From an uncultured Nitrososphaerota archaeon (GTDB taxonomy: Archaea; Asgardarchaeota; Njordarchaeia; Njordarchaeales; Panguiarchaeaceae), in the NCBI GenBank assembly GCA_964636085.1, contig CAZWPQ010000003.1, positions 67,916 to 110,175 on the forward strand: DNA of 42,260 nucleotides, written 5' to 3'. Shown in pieces: positions 20,628 to 29,171 of the stretch (its first letter is position 1; each line of letters starts with the position of its first letter). Made by a program: the position numbers and the translations under genes. The notes under the pieces are model-generated. The model searched no databases, was not told where the DNA came from, and worked only from the letters and a program-made list of their open reading frames with translations.

Positions 20628-20640
20628 AATTTTATATTAA
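20628..20640 (+). promoter_or_regulatory. Candidate TATA box for the ESCRT-like operon
   Basis: TTTTTATATT about 40-50 nt upstream of TTG 20679, in an AT-rich intergenic region. Confidence 0.35.
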
Positions 20641-20678
20641 CGATAACATTATATTTCTTTGAGTGCTCGGGGATCGAA

Positions 20679-21314
20679 TTGCTTTTTGGGCAAAGGAGTA
20701 AGGAGAAGAGAATATTGGAACGCGCCAAGAAGCTTAGAGACATGATTGAGCTAAGCGGGCCTCAACGCGTCGATATGGGGACAATCCGCCAGACACTAAG
20801 AGAAATAGCTGATGATGTTGCTCGGCTCTCAGAGATTGAGAGGGATAGACTAGCGAGACAGATTGATGATATTTTTGAGGAGAAAATAGCTATATTGCGG
20901 GGTTGGAGGGAGTCAAGAGTACGAAAAATTAGGAGCATGCTTAAAGAACTCTCCTTACTAAAGAAGGTTCCCCGGAACAAGTTTATACGGGTCAAAATGC
21001 TTGATAATCAAATTAAGTTGGATGATGCATTACTACATGCCTTGGAGAACATTAGGGACATTCTGGTGGATACCGTACAGAGGGGGGTGGATCCCGAAAC
21101 GGCTTGGAGCAAGGTTTATAGGGTCACAGAGGTTATTACTGGCTATGTTGAGGGACTCACAGAACGTGCTGAGGCCTATACCGAGCTTACTGAGGAAGAA
21201 ATATCCGAGGCAGAATTGGAGGAGCTCTCTACATCATATGGGATAAAGGAGGCTGAGGAGGCACCAAGTAAGGAGATAAGAAAGATGCTTGAAAAGTATG
21301 GTTTAGAGGAGTAG
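20679..21314 (+). CDS. Coiled-coil protein, possible divergent ESCRT-III/Snf7-like subunit
   Basis: N-terminal LFG plus basic helix, helical core, acidic C-terminus ending in an amphipathic EIRKMLEKYGL helix; first gene of the Vps4 operon. Confidence 0.4.
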   Translation: MLFGQRSKEKRILERAKKLRDMIELSGPQRVDMGTIRQTLREIADDVARLSEIERDRLARQIDDIFEEKIAILRGWRESRVRKIRSMLKELSLLKKVPRNKFIRVKMLDNQIKLDDALLHALENIRDILVDTVQRGVDPETAWSKVYRVTEVITGYVEGLTERAEAYTELTEEEISEAELEELSTSYGIKEAEEAPSKEIRKMLEKYGLEE

Positions 21315-21315
21315 T

Positions 21316-21903
21316 ATGGGGATAGGTGAGAAGCCCTATACCTATATGATGGACACGCTTAGGAAAATTATTAGAAAGGTTGAGGAAATAAGTACTGATT
21401 GGTGGTGGTTTGAGCAGGGATCAATGCCAGTAATCCAGGTTAGGAGGCTTGTAACAAATGGCGAAATAAAACTTGATTGGACGCCAAAGGTACCGGTCGT
21501 GCATGGATTAAAGATTATATATAACAACTTCGATAAGATTGGTGAAATACCCCAAGAAAAGCGCTTAGGTATAGCCATAAAATCTGCCCAGGATCTCTAT
21601 GCAGTGTTGCTTGCCGTAACATATATAATGGAGGCACATGATCTAGCCGAGAGGCTAAATAAATTCAAAGAAAAGTTATCAAGGATGCGTCCTGATGCCG
21701 TCGAGGTTTTTGTTGAAGAAATGCGGAGATTTATTAGCAGGCTCAGAGAAACACTTCTAAGCAACATAATGTCTTGGCCTAACGTGAAAAATGAGTTTGT
21801 GAAAATAGTTGAATCAATGATCAAGAAAACAGAAAGAATCCTGGGTGAGGGTATCCCTCGAGAGGTAGAAGAGGTTAAGAAAAAGGAACTTGTGGGTGCA
21901 TGA
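21316..21903 (+). CDS. Hypothetical helical protein, 'WW-x2-QG' family; paralogue of 29168..29701
   Basis: DWWWFEQG...VIQVRRL...WTPK aligns with 29168..29701. Confidence 0.7.
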   Translation: MGIGEKPYTYMMDTLRKIIRKVEEISTDWWWFEQGSMPVIQVRRLVTNGEIKLDWTPKVPVVHGLKIIYNNFDKIGEIPQEKRLGIAIKSAQDLYAVLLAVTYIMEAHDLAERLNKFKEKLSRMRPDAVEVFVEEMRRFISRLRETLLSNIMSWPNVKNEFVKIVESMIKKTERILGEGIPREVEEVKKKELVGA

Positions 21904-22481
21904 TCGTGTTTAGGAGAAAAAAATCAACAGTCGAGAGGCTTCAAATGTTGATAGATAGGCTTAAGGATGCTAGGATCGAAGTAAAGATGTTCAAAAAAAG
22001 GGTCGAGAATCAAATAAAGAAATATCTTAAGAATGGCAAAACACCCCCCGGAACTTTATTGGCAGCATGGAAAGTAAGTGATGTTCTCCTAACGACGCTT
22101 GATACATCTGTTATTTCCTTAGAGAGCGCCCAAATGATGCAACAGGTTGGCGAGGCAATAAAAGAGGCGACTGGGGCGGTTAGTTTAGATAAACTGGCCG
22201 ATATGTTTAAGGAACTCAATATGAACCTTAACAACATAGGGATGTCGCTAAGACAGATGGTGATGATGCAGAATCAACTGATAAATATTACACAATCAAT
22301 ATCCACAAATCTTTCAACGATGTTTGAAGAGATAGCTGGAGGAACAGAACAATTGTTACCAGAGGTCATGGAGAGTATAGGAGCAGAATTCCTAGAGCAA
22401 CTTAAAGTAAGTGATCCAGAGTTATATAGTCGTATTCCAGAGGAGATCAAAAAGAAGTATCTTCAATCCTCGAGGGAGTAA
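21900..22481 (+). CDS. ESCRT-III (Snf7/CdvB-like) protein
   Basis: Basic N-terminus (FRRKKSTVERL), helical hairpin, LDTSVISLESAQMMQQVGEAIKEA and LDKLADMFKE typical of ESCRT-III cores, acidic tail; directly upstream of Vps4. Confidence 0.65.
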   Translation: MIVFRRKKSTVERLQMLIDRLKDARIEVKMFKKRVENQIKKYLKNGKTPPGTLLAAWKVSDVLLTTLDTSVISLESAQMMQQVGEAIKEATGAVSLDKLADMFKELNMNLNNIGMSLRQMVMMQNQLINITQSISTNLSTMFEEIAGGTEQLLPEVMESIGAEFLEQLKVSDPELYSRIPEEIKKKYLQSSRE

Positions 22482-22484
22482 CTA

Positions 22485-23666
22485 ATGGGGCTTTATGACG
22501 AGGCTCTAAAATTTAAGAAGTTGGCCGAGAACGCAATAAAAAGAGGGGACCTAGATGTTGCTAAAAGGTACCTAATGGTTGCTATAGATAGACTTGAAAA
22601 GCTAGAGCAAATAAGTGATGACCCAACATTAAAGGAAATGTGGAGGAGAGGTATACAGAATCTGAAAATGTTGCTTGAAAGCGTGGAGACTGGTGCGATA
22701 GCCCGAGCGAAGCATGAAATTAAAGGCTATACTCCGCCAACCCCGCGGCCTTATTTAGAACCACATCGACCTGTCAAAAAAGCACAGGAAAAGTTTCCTG
22801 AGGAATGTACAGCAGATTTTTTGTATACGAGTATTCCAGATGTTTCCTTTGATGACGTGGCTGGGCTAGATATCGTAAAGAAGGAATTGAAGGAAAGCAT
22901 AGAATGGCAATTAAAATATCCAGATCTCCTAAAGAAGATGGGTTTGAGGCCGATAAAAGGCCTATTGCTATATGGTCCTCCAGGTACTGGGAAGACATTT
23001 GTGGTTAAGGCGGCGGCGGGTCAATTTAAGATACCGTTAATAATTGTTGATCCTGCCACATTGCTCTCGAAATGGTTGGGGGAATCCGAGAAGATGGTTG
23101 CGAGAATATTTAGTTGTGCAAGAAAAATAAATCCGTGCATAGTATTTATTGACGAGACGGATAAGGTTTTTCCATTGGAAGTCTCTGGTTCTGATGCTCC
23201 CAAAAGAATAGAGGCTCAACTTCTCCAAGAGTTAGATGGTATTAGGTCTGGGGAGGGCTTCATTGTAATATTTGCTAGCAATGAGCCATGGAAAATAAAC
23301 CCTGCATTAATTAGGGCTGGCAGGATTGATAAGGTTATTTATGTCGGCCCCCCAGACAGGGAAATGAGGGAGAAGCTCTTTAAACTCTACTTGAGGGGGG
23401 TCGAACTGGCCGAGGATGTGGATATTGGGAGGTTGGTGGATCTAACCGAGCCAAATCAAGAGGGCTACTATAGCGCCGCGGCAATAGCCCTAATATGCAA
23501 CGAGGCAAAGAAGAATCTGTTGAGGGACTATGAGAAAACAAAGATGCTTCGTCCATTAACAATGAACGATATAATATCGGCTATAAAGATTACGAGGAGA
23601 GACATACCACGATCAGTTGTGGAGAGGCATATCTCTTGGGGTAAAGAGCATTTTGTGGGTGGTTGA
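22485..23666 (+). CDS. vps4: Vps4/CdvC-like MIT-domain AAA+ ATPase
   Basis: N-terminal MIT-like bundle (ALKFKKLAENAIKRGDLDVAKRYLMVAIDRL), Pro linker, single AAA: VSFDDVAGL, GPPGTGKT, SKWLGESEK, IFIDETD and SNEPW...ALIRAGR. Confidence 0.82.
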   Translation: MGLYDEALKFKKLAENAIKRGDLDVAKRYLMVAIDRLEKLEQISDDPTLKEMWRRGIQNLKMLLESVETGAIARAKHEIKGYTPPTPRPYLEPHRPVKKAQEKFPEECTADFLYTSIPDVSFDDVAGLDIVKKELKESIEWQLKYPDLLKKMGLRPIKGLLLYGPPGTGKTFVVKAAAGQFKIPLIIVDPATLLSKWLGESEKMVARIFSCARKINPCIVFIDETDKVFPLEVSGSDAPKRIEAQLLQELDGIRSGEGFIVIFASNEPWKINPALIRAGRIDKVIYVGPPDREMREKLFKLYLRGVELAEDVDIGRLVDLTEPNQEGYYSAAAIALICNEAKKNLLRDYEKTKMLRPLTMNDIISAIKITRRDIPRSVVERHISWGKEHFVGG

Positions 23667-23667
23667 T

Positions 23668-24810
23668 ATGCCTGAGGATCCATGTATTATGTATGTTAAG
23701 CAAGCCAAGAAGAATATTGGTCTGTTTAGAAAAAATTATTGGACAGCTGGCCTATATTTCCTACAGGCCGCGGAATGCTATAAGAACTCGGGCAATAAGT
23801 CAAGAGCATATGAGTATGCTAAAGAAGCAGTAAAGTGTCTGGATAAATACTGGTCGGGAACGAATGATATGGTCTTGCCAGATCTAGAAAAGGCTCTATC
23901 ATTGGCATATTATATGGCCCCTAAGAAAAGGAGAAAGGAGATGGGGAGAAAAGCTTTTGAAGTGTATATATATCATGCAAGGAGACTAGAAAATGCAGGC
24001 AATTACCTGGCTGCGGCAGAGAAATATGAGGCATCTGCACAGTTTGCACCTTCTGGTTCTGCAGCTAGGGAAGCGATATTAAAGGCAATATCTGTTTTGG
24101 AGAATGCTCTTCAGAAGGAGCATATAATAAAGAAAAGAGATCTTGTTGAGAGGATAGAGAAAAAGCTAGAGGAACTGAAGAAGATGGCGCCACCTCCAAA
24201 GGAAGCTTCGCATCCCGGCGTTGTAGAGACGAGACTAAGATATGTAGCAGACTTGGAGGTTTTTAGTGCCGCGATGAATGAAGTTGTTTCTTCCTTCCAT
24301 ATGGAGTTTCCTCTCCCGATCTCCGATCCAAAGGTGGTAAAGAGGGGTGAGAAAAACTCTATACAATTTAGTATTCCTGGATACTCAGCCCTAGTCATTA
24401 TAGAGTGTAGAAGGAAAAGTTGTTTGGTGGAGGTAAATTCATCAAATATCACGTTTATTTTGGAAATTGTGGCTATTTTAAAGTACTACTTGGATAAGAA
24501 AGAAGCATTGAGTTCTGTTGTCAATGAAAAAATACTTGGTAAATACAAAGCGATCGAGCTTATGGATTACATAAATAAAGTATTACATAGTCTTAAGATA
24601 AAGGATGAAGCTAGAAAGATAGCGTTCTACATAGACACACTATCATTTATACTCTCTCAATTTAAGAGGTTGAGTAAGATATGTGAAGATCTAAAATCAT
24701 ACGCACTGGAGCTATTGGATCTGTATGTGCCTGGAAAAGAGATAATGCCTGTTGATGCCGAGAGAGTTGAATCAAAAGTAAAAGAGCTTTTGAAACAACT
24801 CAAAAAATAG
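23668..24810 (+). CDS. SNAP/TPR-like helical-repeat protein with a C-terminal alpha/beta domain
   Basis: YWTAGLYFLQAAECYKNSG and GNYLAAAEKYEASA. ATG 23668, one base after the vps4 stop, is the likely start. Confidence 0.55.
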   Translation: MPEDPCIMYVKQAKKNIGLFRKNYWTAGLYFLQAAECYKNSGNKSRAYEYAKEAVKCLDKYWSGTNDMVLPDLEKALSLAYYMAPKKRRKEMGRKAFEVYIYHARRLENAGNYLAAAEKYEASAQFAPSGSAAREAILKAISVLENALQKEHIIKKRDLVERIEKKLEELKKMAPPPKEASHPGVVETRLRYVADLEVFSAAMNEVVSSFHMEFPLPISDPKVVKRGEKNSIQFSIPGYSALVIIECRRKSCLVEVNSSNITFILEIVAILKYYLDKKEALSSVVNEKILGKYKAIELMDYINKVLHSLKIKDEARKIAFYIDTLSFILSQFKRLSKICEDLKSYALELLDLYVPGKEIMPVDAERVESKVKELLKQLKK

Positions 24811-25485
24811 GTGAGAGAAATGATCGATGAATATGTTGTATTGTTTTGCTTCTTCGCTGAGATCTTCTTTGTAAATAGTAGCCTCCTATACTTAAGCATT
24901 CTCGATTGGTATGTGAGGGAGGAGCGGATTTCTCAGTCGTTGAAGCTAGGTGCGATAATAGGAATTGTTGCAGGTCTTTTATTCCCGTCTATAATACTGC
25001 CTCTAGAGAACGAATCCCTTGTATATATCTATACACAGCTAGCCCTTGCGGCATTCATACTGTCCCTCATGGTTCTTTATCCCTACATATCGTGGATACG
25101 CAAAAAAATTTACTCATACTTCTACGTATCAGTGTATGTCGCATATGATGTGGTCATATGGTTTATTTTTCCGTTATTCTACTATGGCGTGCTCGGATTG
25201 GACGTTAACCAAGTTTTGGTGGCAAACTATATGACTGGGGCAGTATTGGGGACACTACTAGCTACAGCGATACTAAAGGAGATAAGGACAAGAGAAGTCA
25301 TATTAGGTGGGCTTCCAGCGATAACTTCCGCTATAACAATCGCAGATTTTAGCTCCAGGGCATTGAGCGATATTCTGTGGCTACGAATAAGCGTGGGAAA
25401 ATTTTACATAAGTTTCGTTCATGTTTTTCTTATAGTATCAATTGTTGTTCAGTATATTTATTACAAAAGGGTGATAGCTGAGTAG
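24811..25485 (+). CDS. Polytopic membrane protein (about 6-7 TM helices)
   Basis: Consecutive hydrophobic segments over 224 aa; abuts the upstream stop. Confidence 0.75.
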   Translation: MREMIDEYVVLFCFFAEIFFVNSSLLYLSILDWYVREERISQSLKLGAIIGIVAGLLFPSIILPLENESLVYIYTQLALAAFILSLMVLYPYISWIRKKIYSYFYVSVYVAYDVVIWFIFPLFYYGVLGLDVNQVLVANYMTGAVLGTLLATAILKEIRTREVILGGLPAITSAITIADFSSRALSDILWLRISVGKFYISFVHVFLIVSIVVQYIYYKRVIAE

Positions 25486-25494
25486 GGGGTCGCC

Positions 25495-27216
25495 ATGGAT
25501 CTAAGCATAGCAAAGAAAATATTGCTATCTGTGTATCCATTGAGATGTTGTCCTTATTGTGGTGCGAGAATAACCGAATCTAAGAATAACATGTGTAGTG
25601 CTTGTGGCTCTGAGATCTCTGAGAGATTCATAAGGGACTTGGCGAGAGTTTATGTGGAAAAGACGCTTAGAGGGACGTCTATAAGTCCAACTGAGTTGAA
25701 TAGGGCAGTCAGTAATGTCAGTCTAGTGGACATAAGCAATAGATTTACCAGTATAATGGACAGTATAGAGCGAAAAATATTCTCCTTGTATAGAGAGAAA
25801 ATATTTGATGCGAAAAAATCGCGGAATATAGAGGAGTTAAGACGTATATCCAGTGAGATTAGGGAGATAAAGAGCAGAATATTTACGAAGATAAATGAGA
25901 TGCAGAATGCTCAGATAAGGGCTATTACTACCAACACAATTGAGGATATAGAGCGTGCATATAAAATATTTGAGGAATTCAGAAATGAGATAGCCAGATA
26001 TATGGATCCAAAAGTCATAGGCCTCTATGTAATCCCAGAGTTTTCATATCTCATAGCTGATAGGCTATATAAAGCCATGAGATTTAATGATGCTGTTCAG
26101 TGGTATGGAACCACAATAACAGCAAATTTGTTTCCAGAAAGTAGACCTGATGTTGGAAAGTTACCACTGTACATGACGGCTACATCGATACCATTTGGAG
26201 CGCTTTTTCTCGAGAGCTATGACATAGATTATGATGGGATTAGAGAAATTTTTTATGTGCCAAGTAGGGAGGTGGGGGGTCTAGAAATCCCCTGTTCCAT
26301 AATCAATGAGATTGGGATTGTCTGGCAACCTTTTAAAGGCTATGACATACTTGTACCTAAGTTTGGTCGATTTGGCGATTACAGTATGCTTATCCTTGCA
26401 TGGGAATCGGATAGGCTTGCTGATGCAAAAATACTAAATATGGACGGGGAGGAAATGAGAATTCGGTATGGTGATGATACATACTACTCTATCCCCGTGA
26501 TATCGGCCAGAGTTCTCGATGTTGATGGAGACGGTATGCATGAATTATTGATTACAAGCCTAAGAGGGCGGTTTTTTATATTAAAAATGAGGGATGATTA
26601 CCTAGAGGCAAATTGCCTAACAATGGGTAATATTGTAGACTGTGCTATGGCTAACATGGCTGATGGAAGTAGATTGATAGTACTATCTCAGAATGGGAGA
26701 CTATTGGAGGTGGATCCAGCGACACTTGATATTGACCTATTACTCAGGGGGATAGAGGGAGCAGAGTATTCTAGCATGGCTACGGGAGATCTGGATGGTG
26801 ATGGTATTGACGAGATTTACTTGTCAACACCTGGCGGGGTATTTCGTATAGGTCATAGAGACGGTGATATTGTGCACTCAAAAATACAAGGTGGTAACAC
26901 GCTAGGAGTTGCCATATGGGATATAAACTCTGACCGTCAAAAGGAGCTGGTTATATTTGAACTTAAGGAGCGGGGGATTATTGCATCTATCCATGTGACT
27001 AAGGAGTTCTTGGGGGGGAAAACGCTGGATGCGGTTAAGTCGTATTATGCAGAAATAAGACATATGGAGAGTCTGAAAAGAGCAAGATTTAACTTTATTA
27101 ATATATTTAACTCGAGACCCTACTTTCTTGTGAGTGATGCGGATGGTGACCATTCCCCCGAGATTTTTATTGGTTTGGAAAAATGTCTTGTCTCTATAGA
27201 TATGAAATATTCATAG
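25495..27216 (+). CDS. Zn-ribbon + helical region + FG-GAP/VCBS-repeat beta-propeller-like protein
   Basis: CPYCG...CSACG, then repeated DxD/NxDG-type motifs: DIDYDGIREI, DVDGDGMHEL, DLDGDGIDEI, DINSDRQKEL and DADGDHSPEI. Confidence 0.7.
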   Translation: MDLSIAKKILLSVYPLRCCPYCGARITESKNNMCSACGSEISERFIRDLARVYVEKTLRGTSISPTELNRAVSNVSLVDISNRFTSIMDSIERKIFSLYREKIFDAKKSRNIEELRRISSEIREIKSRIFTKINEMQNAQIRAITTNTIEDIERAYKIFEEFRNEIARYMDPKVIGLYVIPEFSYLIADRLYKAMRFNDAVQWYGTTITANLFPESRPDVGKLPLYMTATSIPFGALFLESYDIDYDGIREIFYVPSREVGGLEIPCSIINEIGIVWQPFKGYDILVPKFGRFGDYSMLILAWESDRLADAKILNMDGEEMRIRYGDDTYYSIPVISARVLDVDGDGMHELLITSLRGRFFILKMRDDYLEANCLTMGNIVDCAMANMADGSRLIVLSQNGRLLEVDPATLDIDLLLRGIEGAEYSSMATGDLDGDGIDEIYLSTPGGVFRIGHRDGDIVHSKIQGGNTLGVAIWDINSDRQKELVIFELKERGIIASIHVTKEFLGGKTLDAVKSYYAEIRHMESLKRARFNFINIFNSRPYFLVSDADGDHSPEIFIGLEKCLVSIDMKYS

Positions 27217-27219
27217 GGG

Positions 27220-27834
27220 GTGTTGGTTATGTGCTTTGCATCAACAAAACCCAAGTTTAGTGAGAAGGACTATATAATGCCTCCAAGAGACCCAGATACA
27301 GTGATTTTCTATTATGAGATCGGCAAAAAGGATGTGAAGTGTTTTAGGGTCGCTGAATATGAGGATGCTTACATTATTTGTCCTAGTGGCGAAATTAAGC
27401 CCATTGGAAAGCCAGGATTTTATCAGATAATATCGATCCCAGCAAAAATTATATGGATTAGATCTAGTCGCTTTGTTCTATCGGTAGGTGTTCCTAGGGG
27501 GGTTCTGCCTGGGGGATTCGGTGTAAACGCTGACTTATCGCTGTATCTTCAATATCCAGAAATATTTATTGGAAATATTATAACTGCTGAAAAGCAAGGA
27601 AAAATATCTATTGATGATATTAGAAAGGAATTGAGAAAGTTGCTTGAAAACGCGGTTAGGAATCTTCAGATAACGCCTGAGATGGAGAGAAGAAAAATAG
27701 TCGACTTGGTACACGGCGAAATGAATAATCTTATATCTAGGACATGGTTGAATGGTTTCATTTGCGATGTTCAAAGTGTTGGTTTTTCTTTCGAATGTGA
27801 GTTGTCGAAATTGTTAGATGAACTTGCAAGGTGA
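27220..27834 (+). CDS. SPFH/Band-7-like (YdjI-type) protein
   Basis: FRVAEYEDAYII..GEI...KPGFYQI, IIWI, GFGVNADLSLYLQYPEIFI and IRKELRKLLENAVR..GFIC follow the SPFH pattern. Confidence 0.55.
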   Translation: MLVMCFASTKPKFSEKDYIMPPRDPDTVIFYYEIGKKDVKCFRVAEYEDAYIICPSGEIKPIGKPGFYQIISIPAKIIWIRSSRFVLSVGVPRGVLPGGFGVNADLSLYLQYPEIFIGNIITAEKQGKISIDDIRKELRKLLENAVRNLQITPEMERRKIVDLVHGEMNNLISRTWLNGFICDVQSVGFSFECELSKLLDELAR

Positions 27835-29171
27835 TAGCTATGAGTACTATCGTGAGGAGTGAGCTGGAATCATATATTAGCACCGAGCAGATGGTAATTT
27901 CAAAGAGACTAAGAGGCATTATCGCCGAGGCTATAAAGAATCGAGAGTATGATTTGAGCACAAGCCTAGAGGCGCTGGTGAGCTCGATTAGGATGTTTAC
28001 TCCATTAAAATCGTCGTATACTCGACCCATGGATTATATAAATGCTTTACGTTCCTATGCTCTAGCGTTGAGTATAATTAGCGAGATGCTTGGGGAAGTG
28101 CATATAGGAAAAGATGTAATAGATCTCTGCAAGAGAATTCTAGACTTGGCAAAGGAGGGGCTTCCAGTAGGGAAAATTGCAGATGGTGCACGGGAGTTAC
28201 TGTCGGGAATGGGCGAGGCAGGAAATAAGATATTCATAAATGGTTGCAGAAAATACGTAAATATACTGATTGGAAAAGTTAAGGAGTTGGATCCGCAAGA
28301 GCTTCAGATAATCAAGGAGACGGTTAAGGAAATAATAGGTCATGTTGAAAGGCCCTATGCTAGAATCTCTGACATCTCCAGAATTTTAGGTACAAAAGAA
28401 AAGGATCTCCTGTCAATATTAAAACGCATAGCGGGTAAGGATCCAAATATTATTGTTACAAAATCTATAATCACCATAAAGGACAAAATGAAGGATTATC
28501 TTGAGAAGAGAATAAGGGAATCCCATTATATGCTCATAGGTGATCTTGCAAGAGAATGGAGCGTAGATATTGGTGATGTCTTGGAGGTGCTTGGAGAGGT
28601 ATCAGATATATACCCTGGTCTAGAAGTATTTGAGGGTATTGTTATATCCACAATGAAAAGCCTTTCAGATTACTTTGTTAGACTCGTAGACGATGAAATG
28701 GTGACGTCTACTCGTTTCATAGCCACGAAAATGGGCGTGAGAATAGATGCCTTAAGGAAGATTCTGGTAAGATTACATAAATATTCTCCTGATATAATAA
28801 TGGGTGATTCAGAAATTGTTGCACATAGACAGAAAATTTGTGATTGGTTAAGATCGATAATTGGTGACAGAGCCAAGGTATATGTGGAGGAATTCTCTGG
28901 AAGGTTGGGTGTCAGCACTAAGGTTATGAAGAGATTTATTGAAGACATAGCACGCATGTATGGTGAGTTTGTCCTCGCGAAGAATGAGCTTATATATGTC
29001 CCTAATCTTAGCAGAAACATATTGTCAGAAATCACGTCTAGAAAAGAAAGCTCGGAGGTTAGGGATATAATAAAGAAACATCCAGACGCTGTTGAGGCCG
29101 AAATTTTCAACAATATCAACAAGATATTAAAGGAGTTTGAAGAGAAAATATCGAGAGGGTCGGTAAAATGA
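27831..29171 (+). CDS. Protein with about four tandem winged-helix-like repeats
   Basis: Repeats ARISDISRILGTKEKDLLSIL, MLIGDLAREWSVDIGDVLEVL, TSTRFIATKMGVRIDALRKIL and VYVEEFSGRLGVSTKVMKRFI, each followed by a short beta-hairpin. Confidence 0.6.
   Translation: MIAMSTIVRSELESYISTEQMVISKRLRGIIAEAIKNREYDLSTSLEALVSSIRMFTPLKSSYTRPMDYINALRSYALALSIISEMLGEVHIGKDVIDLCKRILDLAKEGLPVGKIADGARELLSGMGEAGNKIFINGCRKYVNILIGKVKELDPQELQIIKETVKEIIGHVERPYARISDISRILGTKEKDLLSILKRIAGKDPNIIVTKSIITIKDKMKDYLEKRIRESHYMLIGDLAREWSVDIGDVLEVLGEVSDIYPGLEVFEGIVISTMKSLSDYFVRLVDDEMVTSTRFIATKMGVRIDALRKILVRLHKYSPDIIMGDSEIVAHRQKICDWLRSIIGDRAKVYVEEFSGRLGVSTKVMKRFIEDIARMYGEFVLAKNELIYVPNLSRNILSEITSRKESSEVRDIIKKHPDAVEAEIFNNINKILKEFEEKISRGSVK

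Noticed and set aside
20679-21903. CdvA assignment for the genes upstream of ESCRT-III
   Set aside because: No N-terminal PRC-barrel beta pattern; both proteins look all-helical.
22485-23666. Calling the ATPase Cdc48/p97, PAN or FtsH
   Set aside because: Single AAA module with an N-terminal MIT-like bundle; no N-domain/D2, OB coiled coil, TM or protease domain.
23617-23667. Called start of the SNAP-like ORF at 23617
   Set aside because: It would overlap vps4 by 50 nt; ATG 23668 with a GGTGG RBS fits better.
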